DNA of 39,438 bases from Candidatus Bathyarchaeia archaeon (lineage in GTDB: Archaea; Thermoproteota; Bathyarchaeia; Bathyarchaeales; Bathycorpusculaceae), in NCBI GenBank assembly GCA_038882655.1, contig JAVZNT010000008.1, positions 1-39,438 on the forward strand. The letters are read 5' to 3'. The translations under genes were made by a program, and so were the position numbers. Positions 26,848 through 36,726 of this stretch are shown here, one piece after another. The first letter of the stretch is position 1. Each line of letters begins with the position of its first letter. A model generated the notes under the pieces. It was not told the DNA's origin, made no database searches, and worked only from the letters and a program-made list of their open reading frames with translations.

Positions 26848-28312
26848 CATAATTTTAACAGCTGACCGCACCTTAATGAGTGACTATCACCAAAACGAGT
26901 TTATAGGCTTCGGAACATGCGCCCCTCCAAACGTTATTCCAAACTGGCTTTACAGCTTCTTATTCTTTCCGCCTATAAAAACGCGGGGTGGTATCCCTGT
27001 GGCAGCACCTTACGGGTTAAGAAAGATTGAAGCCAAACTTTTAAGCGAAGGGTTTGACGTTTTAACAGTTGACCCGGACCACATTGGGAGATACATAGAC
27101 AAAGCTAAGGTTTTAGGCGTGCATGTCATGGACCCATTTGGGCTCGGTCCAGCCTCAAGCACTTTTGCAGCAATCTTGAAAAGGGAACCCTTCCTTGCAC
27201 AGTACTTCCGCAGTTTGATGGCTAAACCCGAGATTAAGAAAGCGAAAAAACGTGGGCTAAAAATTGTTGTGGGCGGTCCAGGCGTCTGGCAGTTCCAATA
27301 CAGAGAAAAATTTGTCAAAGATTATGGAATTGACTGCATAATTGACGGAGAAGCCGAAAGAGTTATTGGAAAAATTATGAGGGCAGCCTTAAACGGCGAG
27401 GAGCTTCCCCAATACTATGAGGTTAGCGTCCGAGAAACTCCAAGCCTCGAAGAGATTCCAAACATTTTAAACCCTTCCGTTAACGGCTTGGTAGAGATTG
27501 GACGCGGCTGCTGCAGAGGCTGCAAATTCTGCAGCGTCACACTAAGGCCCTTAAGGTGGTACCCTGTTGAAATGGTACTTCAGGAAATAGATGTTAACAT
27601 TAAGAGCGGCTACGACCGCACCGCATGTCTCCACGCTGAAGATGTCATGCTTTACAGTTCAAAGAACACTATTCCAAATGATGAAAAGCTTATCGGGCTT
27701 CACGAGGCTGTTATGAAGAAATGCAGAAGCGGCTTCAGCTGGAGCCACTGTTCCTTGGCAACTGTTATGGTGAAGCCAAAACTTTTTACAAAAGTGGCTG
27801 AAATCATACAGCAGAGGCAGTCTTGGTGGGGCGCCGAAGTTGGCATAGAAACAGGCTCTCCGGAGTTAGTGAAAAAAATAATGCCGGCGAAGGCTCACCC
27901 CTTCAAACCGGAAGAGTGGCCTGACGTTGTCCGTCAAGGGATGGGGCTAATGCATGACAACAAGTTTGTTCCGGCGTGTACATTAATCGTAGGCGTGCCG
28001 GAAGAGACAGAAGAAGACTTGACCAAAACCATAGAACTTGTCGAAGATCTAAAACATGTTAGAAGCCTAATCGTGCCCCTATTCTTTGTACCTCTTGGAA
28101 GATTGAAAAACGAGCAGTGGTTTAAGGAGACAGAGATGACGGAGCTCCATAGGGAGCTCCTGCTGAAATGCTTAAAACACGACCTCTACTGGATAGACAG
28201 TCTAATAGACTTATCCTTTGCCGAAAAGTGGTATGCAAAACCAATGCGCTTTCTATACAGAATCTTTGTAAGAATAATTGAGCGGAAAGCAAAGGAAAAG
28301 GGCATCTATTAG
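26837..28312 (+). CDS. Radical SAM protein with B12-binding-like N-terminal domain
   Basis: APYGLRKIEA, IVVGGPG, GEAE, EIGRGCCRGCKFC, GIETGS. Confidence 0.9.
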   Translation: MKADIILTADRTLMSDYHQNEFIGFGTCAPPNVIPNWLYSFLFFPPIKTRGGIPVAAPYGLRKIEAKLLSEGFDVLTVDPDHIGRYIDKAKVLGVHVMDPFGLGPASSTFAAILKREPFLAQYFRSLMAKPEIKKAKKRGLKIVVGGPGVWQFQYREKFVKDYGIDCIIDGEAERVIGKIMRAALNGEELPQYYEVSVRETPSLEEIPNILNPSVNGLVEIGRGCCRGCKFCSVTLRPLRWYPVEMVLQEIDVNIKSGYDRTACLHAEDVMLYSSKNTIPNDEKLIGLHEAVMKKCRSGFSWSHCSLATVMVKPKLFTKVAEIIQQRQSWWGAEVGIETGSPELVKKIMPAKAHPFKPEEWPDVVRQGMGLMHDNKFVPACTLIVGVPEETEEDLTKTIELVEDLKHVRSLIVPLFFVPLGRLKNEQWFKETEMTELHRELLLKCLKHDLYWIDSLIDLSFAEKWYAKPMRFLYRIFVRIIERKAKEKGIY

Positions 28313-28369
28313 AGCGGAATAAACTTAAATACCGCATTAAAACTCAAACACAAATAGGCAAGCCATTGT

Positions 28370-28443
28370 GCCGCCGTAGCTCAGAGTGGTAGAGCGGCTG
28401 GCTGTTAACCAGTCGGTCGTCGGTTCAAGTCCGACCGGCGGCG
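28370..28443 (+). tRNA. tRNA-Asn(GTT), no intron, CCA not encoded
   Basis: Acceptor GCCGCCG/CGGCGGC, anticodon loop CTGTTAA, T-arm GTCGG-TTCAAGT-CCGAC. Confidence 0.97.
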
Positions 28444-28611
28444 CCTTTACTGAACCAGCGACACTTTTTCATTTTCTTTTCCTGAAAAGTTTTACGTCAT
28501 TTATGTCGCAGACGTATTCAAAGCCAGCTTCTATAAATGGTTGTTTTTGTAGCTAAAGCGCATATACAAAACGTTTATTGCGTGGTTCAATTATGAATCT
28601 ATTGGTTTGTT

Positions 28612-29049
28612 ATGTCCCATATTAAAATCAGACGTGCCAATGAAAACGATGTTTGGCGGTTGATGTCTCTTGCAGAGGAGTTTATGCATAGCACCGCAAC
28701 ACGTAAGGAACGCCTATCCATCCTAAAAAGCTCCCTTAAAGATTCGGATTACGAGTTATGGGTTGCCGAGATGGATGGCGAGGTTATTGGGTTCATAGAT
28801 TTGTGGTCTATTCATGATTTTTGTCATGGTGGAAAACTAACCTATATACAAAACTTGTATGTGGCACCTAAATATAGGCGATTGGGTGTTGGAAGCAAGC
28901 TTCTGCAGAAAATCATTAAAATGGCTGAAAAGAAAGGGGCTTTAGAAATCCATGCAGTAACGGGGTTTGAGAATGAGTCGGCTATTCGATTATATAGGAA
29001 GCATGGGTTAGAAAAGGAGTCGCTGCAGCTTGAGAAGGAGTTCAAATAG
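28612..29049 (+). CDS. GNAT N-acetyltransferase
   Basis: LYV.PKYRRLGVGSKLL, N.SA.RLY.K.G. Confidence 0.9.
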   Translation: MSHIKIRRANENDVWRLMSLAEEFMHSTATRKERLSILKSSLKDSDYELWVAEMDGEVIGFIDLWSIHDFCHGGKLTYIQNLYVAPKYRRLGVGSKLLQKIIKMAEKKGALEIHAVTGFENESAIRLYRKHGLEKESLQLEKEFK

Positions 29050-29050
29050 T

Positions 29051-30211
29051 TTATACTGGGGGTGGGGGTCTCTCGACTAAAGTTATGGGAACTATCCTCT
29101 GGTTCCATGAATTGTCGTCTTTTCGCCAAATTGTAACTTCGAGGCGGTCTCCTGGAATTGTGTTCACTTCAAGATAGCTTGCCAAATCATCTCCATTTCT
29201 TATGCGCGAACTGTTTAGGGCTACAATGACATCGTTGGGATATAGTTTGCCGCTTGAAGGGCCGTCTTGTATGACTTCGGTTATTAGCCAGCCATAAGTT
29301 ATTGGAAGGCCTATGTTCTGTGCCATTTCATAATTTATGTCTGTTCCTTTAATGCCTAGATATGAATGTCCAGTGTAGTTTCCAAAATTAACCAGCGCGT
29401 ATATTTCTCTGAGCAGCGTGTCCGATGGAATTGCAAAGCCTAACCCTTGGGAGTCTGCAACTATGGCTGTTGTTATCCCCACCACACTGCCACAATAGTT
29501 CAGCAAAGGACCGCCGGAGTTTCCTGGATTTATGGGTGCGCTTATTTGGATTATGTTGGCTATTGCAAATCCACCGGCATATTCTTCTGTAATTGTTCTG
29601 TTGAGGGCGCTTACAATGCCTGTTGTCATTGAACCCATTAAGCCGTAGGGGTTTCCTATGGCTATAACGGGGTCACCAACTTTCAGCGTTGAAGAGCGGA
29701 CAACTATAAGTGGTTTAAATTTCTCTTCCGGAGCGTCTACGACTTCCAGCACTGCCAAGTCCGCGTATGGATCTTTTCCCAGTACTTCAGCTTTGTAGGC
29801 TTCTCCATCCGAAAATGTCACGCTAATGGTTACCCAGTTATAAATGACATGGTAATTTGTTATTACGACCATTCTGCTGGTGGCTTCGTCCGTAAAATTG
29901 TAGATAAAGCCAGAACCTTGAACTGTTCCGCTTCGTGTTCGAACACGAATTAAAACGACAGAATCCTTCACGTTTTCGTAAATGTCGGATAATGTTGTCC
30001 AGTCTTGGTAAACTATTACGTTTTGGCATGGAATATTTTTGAGACCCCAAAGCACTGAAACTTGAGCCCTTAGCCTTGAAACTTCCGCTTTTAAACTGTT
30101 TATGTGCGGAACTGTTATGTAGGATGTTACTGCTCCACCAGCCATCAGCCCAACTACGAATATTAGTACGAATAAACCTGCCGAAAATCGCGTAACAGAA
30201 TATTCATCCAT
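29051..30211 (-). CDS. HtrA/DegP-like serine protease with PDZ domain
   Basis: GSGF, TNYHV, DLAVL, INPGNSGGPL; N-terminal TM segment. Confidence 0.95.
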   Translation of the reverse strand: MDEYSVTRFSAGLFVLIFVVGLMAGGAVTSYITVPHINSLKAEVSRLRAQVSVLWGLKNIPCQNVIVYQDWTTLSDIYENVKDSVVLIRVRTRSGTVQGSGFIYNFTDEATSRMVVITNYHVIYNWVTISVTFSDGEAYKAEVLGKDPYADLAVLEVVDAPEEKFKPLIVVRSSTLKVGDPVIAIGNPYGLMGSMTTGIVSALNRTITEEYAGGFAIANIIQISAPINPGNSGGPLLNYCGSVVGITTAIVADSQGLGFAIPSDTLLREIYALVNFGNYTGHSYLGIKGTDINYEMAQNIGLPITYGWLITEVIQDGPSSGKLYPNDVIVALNSSRIRNGDDLASYLEVNTIPGDRLEVTIWRKDDNSWNQRIVPITLVERPPPPV

Positions 30212-30281
30212 GTCTTTTCACCTATGAACATCCATGCATTCTGCTTAAATAAAATTTCTGGAAGTCTAAGCCATTCTCGGG

Positions 30282-31472
30282 CTACACTTTTGAAGTCTTG
30301 TAGGACGTTACTATGGCAAGTGCGAGCGAAGCGCCTATTGCAGCTATGAAGGGATAATAAATTGAAATTTCATAGACGATTCCGCCGATGTATGGCGCTA
30401 TTATGGAGGCGAACATGCTTATCGTCTGGGGTATGGATATCCATCTAGCCCTTATGGATTCTGGAGCTTGCGGTCCTATTATTGCACTCATTAAGGACCA
30501 TGTTGTGTAGGAGGCTCCGGCGAGGAAAAACACCGCCATCAACATGTATAGGTCGCCCGTTAGAAGCATTATGATTAGGGATATGCTACATGATGCCAGC
30601 GACGCTGCAAGTGCGTAGCTCTTGCCCCATTTGTCTCCAGCTCTGCCCAGTATTATGCCTAAAACTGCGGAGCCGAAGAAGGCCATTGAGCCTAAAACTC
30701 CTATTTCAAAGTCTCCGTAGTGGTATGCATCCGCCAGGTATTGGGGGACCAGCGGGCGGAACATCATCATTACAAACATTATGGAAGCAAAGAAGGTGGA
30801 AATGCCAATCAGTCTCCTATCTCTTAAGAGCTTTATTGTTGATGGATCCGCTGATGTTTTTTGTTGGCTGAAGTGTGCGTGTTGGCTGCTCATGAAGGCT
30901 AAAACGAGGCTTGCTAAGGCATAGAGGATGAAGGCTATGTAGAAGACTGCTTGCATGCCTATTTTTCCAGCCATGTATCCACCTATAGCTGGCGAGAAAA
31001 TGTAGCCTAAAGACCATGATGAAGATATCATGGTGAAAGTTAATGTTAGCCTATTTTTGTTTGCTGAGGTTACAATGTAGGCAGTACTTGTAGGTCCTCC
31101 GAGCCAAACGCCCCAAAGAAGCATTCCCGGAAGCATTTGAATCCAATCTTTTGCTATGGAAAAGATTATTGGGGCAGGGGTCCATGCGAGCCATCCGGCA
31201 ATCATGATTTTCTTTCGGTCGTATTTGTCGGCGAGGGCTCCCGCCAAAAGAAGTGTGAGAGCCGCCGTTAAGCTTGTGAGGGCGTATAGAATGCCAATTT
31301 CAACGGAGTTAGCCCCGAGGGTTTCTTTCATGTAATATGGGAGGAGATAGGCGTACAAGCCGTCTCCAAAAGAGCCTATGAGGTTTGATGTGAAAATCAG
31401 TTTTAGGTCTCTGTTTAGGACTTCAACTGGAAAGCTGAACCGTAGAAGCCTTCTGTAAGTTCGTGTTAACAA
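30282..31472 (-). CDS. MFS transporter
   Basis: GALADKYDRK and GRAGDKWGK motif-A repeats; about 12 TM segments. Confidence 0.92.
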   Translation of the reverse strand: MLTRTYRRLLRFSFPVEVLNRDLKLIFTSNLIGSFGDGLYAYLLPYYMKETLGANSVEIGILYALTSLTAALTLLLAGALADKYDRKKIMIAGWLAWTPAPIIFSIAKDWIQMLPGMLLWGVWLGGPTSTAYIVTSANKNRLTLTFTMISSSWSLGYIFSPAIGGYMAGKIGMQAVFYIAFILYALASLVLAFMSSQHAHFSQQKTSADPSTIKLLRDRRLIGISTFFASIMFVMMMFRPLVPQYLADAYHYGDFEIGVLGSMAFFGSAVLGIILGRAGDKWGKSYALAASLASCSISLIIMLLTGDLYMLMAVFFLAGASYTTWSLMSAIIGPQAPESIRARWISIPQTISMFASIIAPYIGGIVYEISIYYPFIAAIGASLALAIVTSYKTSKV

Positions 31473-31593
31473 ATGTAAGCCTCACATGCCATTTTCAATC
31501 GTATTTTACAGTGCTCACTATTATTCTTAATGCTGTAACATTGCATGCTAAAATGGGTGCAAATTAGAAATTAGTTGTCTTTAAGAAGGTGTG

Positions 31594-32601
31594 TTAAGCT
31601 CTTCTGTCTACTATGTCTAGGACTTCTTGTCCCGTGCCAATTAAAACCACTGGTATGCCTAATTGTTGTTCAATTTCTTTTATAAACTCTTTAGCCTCTG
31701 GGGTCAGCTCATCATATTTTTTTGCGCCTTTGCACTTGGGGTAGACAACGTCAAGCTTTGTAAGCGCTATTTGTGTTGCTCCGTTTAGCGTGACAGCCCT
31801 TTTCGCTATTTCAAAGTTGAAGGGAGCTGAGCGTCTTTCTCGTCTGGTTCCAGCAGCAACTTCGAACCATCCGCGTTTCACAGCCTCCTCTTTTGGGAGT
31901 TCTTCAGGCAATGGTCCGGCGCCGACGCGGGTCATAAAGGATTTAAAGACTATTAGAACTTCGTCAACTTTTGTTGGTCCAACACCAGCTTCTGAGCATA
32001 TTGCCGCGGCGCTTGTGTCCCTCCCAGTCACATATGGATATGTGCCGAAGAAAAGTGAAAGCATGACGCCTTGTGTTCCTTCCAGCAGAACCTTCTTGCC
32101 AGCATCTATGGCGTTGTTTGCCTCTGCCGCCACATCTGTTAAGTAGGGCTTTAATTCCGCTATGTCCTTTGCGAGTTTTGCCGTTCTGCGGACGCGTTCC
32201 TCAATGGCTGGTCCAACACCCCAACCAGTCGTGCCTATACCCTTCAAGTGTGCGCTGGTCTTGTCTTGTTCGGAGTGTTTCTCCTCAATTATTGAGGCTT
32301 GATGGTCTACGCCCATGCGTTTTTTGACGTTTGTAAGCTCCACTTCTTCTAGGAATTTTGCCACATGAATGTTGGCGCCAGCGCCTATCAAGAGGCGGCA
32401 CTTTTCATATACGAAGGCTGATGGAACCATGTGGAGCGCGTAATGTTTTCCCTCAACCCAAACGGTGTGCGCTGCATTAACAGAGCCTGTTCTAACGCAA
32501 ACGTCCACTTTGTCCTTTAAAGCCATGTAGGAGACTATTTTGCCTTTACCCTCGTCTCCCCAGAAGCCTCCAACTATTACTGTGCATGGCATTTGGCTCA
32601 C
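31594..32601 (-). CDS. purA: Adenylosuccinate synthetase (short archaeal form)
   Basis: WGDEGKGK, LEGTQG, GTYPYVT, TRVGAGP, LTKLD. Confidence 0.97.
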   Translation of the reverse strand: MSQMPCTVIVGGFWGDEGKGKIVSYMALKDKVDVCVRTGSVNAAHTVWVEGKHYALHMVPSAFVYEKCRLLIGAGANIHVAKFLEEVELTNVKKRMGVDHQASIIEEKHSEQDKTSAHLKGIGTTGWGVGPAIEERVRRTAKLAKDIAELKPYLTDVAAEANNAIDAGKKVLLEGTQGVMLSLFFGTYPYVTGRDTSAAAICSEAGVGPTKVDEVLIVFKSFMTRVGAGPLPEELPKEEAVKRGWFEVAAGTRRERRSAPFNFEIAKRAVTLNGATQIALTKLDVVYPKCKGAKKYDELTPEAKEFIKEIEQQLGIPVVLIGTGQEVLDIVDRRA

Positions 32602-32763
32602 CGCTCACAAAATTTGTTGAGAACTATTTAAAATTGTTTTAAGCATTCTTGTCAAAATTTTGACACGCTTTCAGATAGGCGGAAAACAACGATTAAGGAG
32701 TGCTGCACCGTTAAATTAGATATTCCATCTAGTTTTTGCTGTTTGCTGGGATGTTAGTGCTGG

Positions 32764-33012
32764 CTAGCCGACAGTATCTCTCATCTCGACAATGTTTAAG
32801 TCTACGAGTTTAGCCCATGCAATGCTCCTTAAAGGTATCTGGAGCATTTTGCCCTTTCTATATGATGCGCATCTAACAAATACTTCTTTTCTCATTTCAT
32901 CCCTTTGAATTCCAGTCAGCTGAACATTCACTATCACCGAGCCGTCTTTCAAGTGGAGGTTAACATTCTTCCCAAGAAAGGATTTGGCAACATTCAAGTT
33001 GAAGCCGTTCAT
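32764..33012 (-). CDS. Small Sm/LSm-like beta-barrel protein
   Basis: FLGKNVNLHLKDGSVI (Sm1-like) and IPLRSI (Sm2-like). Confidence 0.6.
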   Translation of the reverse strand: MNGFNLNVAKSFLGKNVNLHLKDGSVIVNVQLTGIQRDEMRKEVFVRCASYRKGKMLQIPLRSIAWAKLVDLNIVEMRDTVG

Positions 33013-33019
33013 GCCTCTT

Positions 33020-33157
33020 TCACCATTCCAAGTCCTTTTCAGCTATTTTACTCCAGCATCGCCTACATATAGGGAGCTTATCACCCTTAAGGACTATGTA
33101 AACTTCAATGTCTTCATTTCTGCATTCTTTATCCCAAGGGTTTCTACAGCGCTCCAT
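33020..33157 (-). CDS. 45-aa four-Cys microprotein (missing from ORF track)
   Basis: MERCRNPWDKECRNEDIEVYIVLKGDKLPICRRCWSKIAEKDLEW*; SD GGGGTGA upstream; stop 7 nt before the Sm-like ATG. Confidence 0.7.
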   Translation of the reverse strand: MERCRNPWDKECRNEDIEVYIVLKGDKLPICRRCWSKIAEKDLEW

Positions 33158-33279
33158 AAGATGCTCACCCCTTTTTCATGCGGACTGGTTGAGTGTTCTG
33201 CTTGTAATTCCTTTTTAAGATATGCTGTGAAACGGTTTTCCCGACAAGGGGAGAGAGATAAGTTAAAGTGAACCCCCTT

Positions 33280-33819
33280 CTACAAAGTCACGATTTCTGG
33301 ATAAATCTTCTCCTTCGTAATCCTTAACAAGGCGACTGTTGGTTTTGCCACAAAAGGTGGAAGCGGATTTGTGGGGCTTCCAGGGTTTATGTAGAGGATT
33401 TCGCCTTCCCATTTTATGCTTAGATGATGCGTGTGCCCATAAACAAGCACGTTGAAGCCGTTCTGTTTGGTTATTTCCCGCATCTTCCCCATGCCAAAAA
33501 GGGTTCCGGGATCATGCATAACGCCAATCTTCCATTCAAAAACCTTAACAGAATTCATCTTAGGCAGTTTCCCACGAATCTCAGGACCGTCCATGTTGCC
33601 GTAAACAGCCAAAACTGGTGCAAGCTGCTCCAGCCTGTCTATAACTGACAAGTCAACCAAATCACCAGCATGCACAATATAATCAACTTTTTCAAAAATT
33701 TCGAAAACCTTTTTTGGGACCTCTCTGGCGCGGGCTGGCACATGCGTATCAGAAATAAGTCCAACAATTTTTGTTAGGGGTGTTTCCCGCATCTGGCGTA
33801 AGGCTTCTTGGCTCAGCAT
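33280..33819 (-). CDS. YfcE/MJ0936-family metallophosphoesterase
   Basis: SDTH, HAGD, GNMD, GHTH, NPGS. Confidence 0.93.
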   Translation of the reverse strand: MLSQEALRQMRETPLTKIVGLISDTHVPARAREVPKKVFEIFEKVDYIVHAGDLVDLSVIDRLEQLAPVLAVYGNMDGPEIRGKLPKMNSVKVFEWKIGVMHDPGTLFGMGKMREITKQNGFNVLVYGHTHHLSIKWEGEILYINPGSPTNPLPPFVAKPTVALLRITKEKIYPEIVTL

Positions 33820-33868
33820 TTTGAGGCGTCCTCTACAATACTTTAGCGCTTACTTTGTAGATAAATTT

Positions 33869-34447
33869 TCACGGCTTAGAAACAAACTTGTTACCCTTAA
33901 TGTAAAATCTCAATTCTTGTGGGAGGTCTTTTTTCACGCCTATCCTATGAGAAGAGCAGATTTCAAACTCTTCCGCTGCGGCTTCAAAAATTGCTATTTC
34001 GTTTTCAGCTTTCGCAACTTCTAAGCCATTCTGTTCCTTCGTTATTTTTAACGCCTTCGTGAGCCTTCCAGGACCGCTTGTCAATGCGTAAATGTCTTTT
34101 GTTCCCCTATTTTTCTTCATAACCTCTATTCCTTGAAGCGGCTCAACAGCCCTTATTAGGACGGCTCCGACACCACCTTTTGGATGAGCAACGATGTTTA
34201 GAAGCCAGTTTCCATGAACCATGTAAATGAACGTTTTTCCAACATCCAAAAACATGAATTCGTTGAAGGTTTTTCTCCCTTTATAGGCTTTGGAGGCTGG
34301 GTCTTTCTCGCCATAATAGGCTTCGGTTTCAACAATTTTTCCACCTAATTTTTGACCGTTAAGCCTTCTAACAAGCTTCTTTCCTAGAAGTTCTTTTGCC
34401 ACCGTGGCTGGATCCCTCTCGTAGAAGCTTTTGGGAAGGGTTTTCAT
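33869..34447 (-). CDS. mpg: 3-methyladenine DNA glycosylase (MPG/AAG family)
   Basis: A.ELLG, IVETEAY, AVLIRA.EP, GPGRL, RIG. Confidence 0.93.
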   Translation of the reverse strand: MKTLPKSFYERDPATVAKELLGKKLVRRLNGQKLGGKIVETEAYYGEKDPASKAYKGRKTFNEFMFLDVGKTFIYMVHGNWLLNIVAHPKGGVGAVLIRAVEPLQGIEVMKKNRGTKDIYALTSGPGRLTKALKITKEQNGLEVAKAENEIAIFEAAAEEFEICSSHRIGVKKDLPQELRFYIKGNKFVSKP

Positions 34448-34509
34448 GGCTGAAAGTGATTTGGACGTTAGGCTTTAAATCTTTAAACCTTTAAGAGAAT
34501 CTTGGTGAT

Positions 34510-34863
34510 GTGCGGATGATAGACTCTTATGATTTTGGCGTCATGATTATAGATGGCAAACGCTACACAAGCGACGTTATAGTCTTTCCAGAAAAAATTA
34601 TGAGTGGATGGTGGAGGAAAGAGGGGCACAGAATCTACGTTGAAGACTTAAAGGAAGTCTTTAATCATAAACCGCTTCCAGAAGTGCTTGTGGTTGGCAC
34701 CGGCTATTCCGGACTTGTTAAGGTTATGCCGGAAGTCAACGAAGCCTTAAAAGAGCATGGAATAAAGCTCATCACTCAACCGACCGGAGAGGCTTACAAG
34801 ACCTTCAATGAGCTTTTGAAGACTGGAGAGGTCGTTGCTGGTGCTTTCCATCTAACATGTTGA
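34510..34863 (+). CDS. Mth938-like (DUF498) protein
   Basis: LVVGTG, T.EA...FN, GAFHLTC. Confidence 0.9.
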   Translation: MRMIDSYDFGVMIIDGKRYTSDVIVFPEKIMSGWWRKEGHRIYVEDLKEVFNHKPLPEVLVVGTGYSGLVKVMPEVNEALKEHGIKLITQPTGEAYKTFNELLKTGEVVAGAFHLTC

Positions 34864-34930
34864 TTAAAAGGCTTCCTGAAAAATCTTAAATGTTCTCAGC
34901 CTATTACTTTAAGGCTAAGGTGGCGAGTAC

Positions 34931-36289
34931 ATGAAATCGGAACTTTTAACAGAAATCGAGGATGAAATCACGGCTCTTCTAAGCGATTTAATTCGTATAA
35001 ACACGACAAACCCGCCTGGAAACGAGACCCAAGCCGCAAAATACTTAGCAGAAACTTTGGAAAAGGAAGGCTTCAAATGTGAGGTTTTGGAGTCTGCTTC
35101 CGGAAGGGGAAACGTTATAACCCGCCTTAAAGGAACAGGCGAAAAGCCAAGCCTGCTACTGCTTTCCCATTTGGACGTGGTGGCTGCAAACCCGAAAGAG
35201 TGGAGTGTAGACCCCTTTTCAGGCTTAGTTAAAGACGGCTTTGTATGGGGTAGGGGCGCCATGGACATGAAATCCATGACCGCCATGGAAGTCATGATTA
35301 TGAAACTTCTAAAACGTAACAATGTCAAACTTAAGGGCGACGTCATACTAGCTGCAACAGCCGACGAGGAGAAAGGCGGAGAATATGGCGCTAGTTGGCT
35401 TGTCCGAAACCACCCGGAAAAAGTTAGAGCCGAATACGTTATAAACGAGGGCGGTGGGCAAGCCATCCCAATGGATGGCAAGAACGTTTTTACCATTCAG
35501 ACAGCTGAGAAAGGCATTTTATGGTTTAAGGTTAAGGCGAAGGGGAGACCCGGACACGGCTCGGTGCCTGGCGCTGCCGACAACGCTATTCTGCGCATGA
35601 ACCGTGTTGTGGAAAAGTTGGGCAACTACCGCGCGCCAATGGTTTTGACACCTACTGTTAAGCAGTTTTTGGCTGTAATAGCTGAGGAAAACGTGGAGGC
35701 AAAACAAGCGCTCACCATTTTGCTTCAGAACCCGGACAAGGGCGATGAGATTTTAGACATGCTTGCCCAGAAGGATAAAGCCATGGCTGAAGAGCTTCGC
35801 GCAATGTTGAGGATGACTATTGCGCCCACAATTATTCAAGGAGGCATTAAAGAGAACATTATCCCATCAGAATGCGAAGCCGTCTTCGACTGCAGAATCC
35901 TACCTGGACAAAAAACAGCTGAAGCCTTAAACCGCATAAAAGAGCTTTTGAGGGATGTAGACCTAGAAAAGCTTGATTTTGGAATGATCCAAGCTAATGA
36001 GCCTTCAGAATCCCCCATGGACACACCTCTGTATGGACTTATGGTGGAAACCCTAAAAGAGTTTGAGCCCTACTGCACAGTCGTCCCAACACTGCTGACT
36101 GGTGGGACGGACTCCCGCTTCTTCAGAAGCCTAGGGGCAGCATGTTACGGATTCCAACCAGCCCTTTCAGACATGCCCTACGGCGAGATTCTGAAGATGG
36201 TTCACGGCGTGGACGAGCGCATATCAATAAAGAACTTGGTTTTTGGAGCCAGCGTCTTATACCATGTTGTTGAGCGTTTCCTAACATAG
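34931..36289 (+). CDS. M20/M25/M40 family metallopeptidase
   Basis: SHLDVV, WGRGAMDMK, DEE, GHGS, GGTD, HGVDER. Confidence 0.94.
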   Translation: MKSELLTEIEDEITALLSDLIRINTTNPPGNETQAAKYLAETLEKEGFKCEVLESASGRGNVITRLKGTGEKPSLLLLSHLDVVAANPKEWSVDPFSGLVKDGFVWGRGAMDMKSMTAMEVMIMKLLKRNNVKLKGDVILAATADEEKGGEYGASWLVRNHPEKVRAEYVINEGGGQAIPMDGKNVFTIQTAEKGILWFKVKAKGRPGHGSVPGAADNAILRMNRVVEKLGNYRAPMVLTPTVKQFLAVIAEENVEAKQALTILLQNPDKGDEILDMLAQKDKAMAEELRAMLRMTIAPTIIQGGIKENIIPSECEAVFDCRILPGQKTAEALNRIKELLRDVDLEKLDFGMIQANEPSESPMDTPLYGLMVETLKEFEPYCTVVPTLLTGGTDSRFFRSLGAACYGFQPALSDMPYGEILKMVHGVDERISIKNLVFGASVLYHVVERFLT

Positions 36290-36376
36290 AATTTTAAGTG
36301 TGGCGCCAAGCTGAAGCTATAAATATGAGGATGCATGTTAAATGCTAATGCTTCTAATAGGCTCGAGGTTTAAAAT

Positions 36377-36667
36377 ATGCCGGCAATAGAGGTTGGCAGA
36401 ATATGCGCCAAAATTTGCGGAAGAGAGGCGGGCAAAAAATGCGTTATAGTAGACGTTATTGATAAAAGCTTCGTGCTAGTGACCGGACCGAAAAGTGTCA
36501 CGGGTGTTAAGAGGCGGAGAGCAAACATCAACCACTTAGAGCCGTTAGCTGAAAAAGTCGACATAAAACGAGGCGCCTCAGATGAGGAAGTCAGTGAAGC
36601 CTTAAAAAAGAAGGGAATTTTGGAGGCTATGGCTCAGCCGGTTAAACCAGCCTTGGCTCCAGCCTAA
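36377..36667 (+). CDS. rpl14e: 50S ribosomal protein L14e
   Basis: EVGRIC.K..GREAG...VIVD.ID...LVTGP...GVKRRR.N..HLEP. Confidence 0.97.
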   Translation: MPAIEVGRICAKICGREAGKKCVIVDVIDKSFVLVTGPKSVTGVKRRRANINHLEPLAEKVDIKRGASDEEVSEALKKKGILEAMAQPVKPALAPA

Positions 36668-36726
36668 CAAATCATTATTTAATCCCTTCTCACATTTTCT
36701 AATCGTTTAGAGGTGTTCTATCTCAA

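Noticed and set aside
28370-30211. Genomic island at tRNA-Asn
   Set aside because: No integrase and no repeat of the tRNA 3' end was seen; only slightly AT-richer genes.
32984-33271. 95-aa plus-strand ORF
   Set aside because: Antisense to the SD-led four-Cys microprotein.
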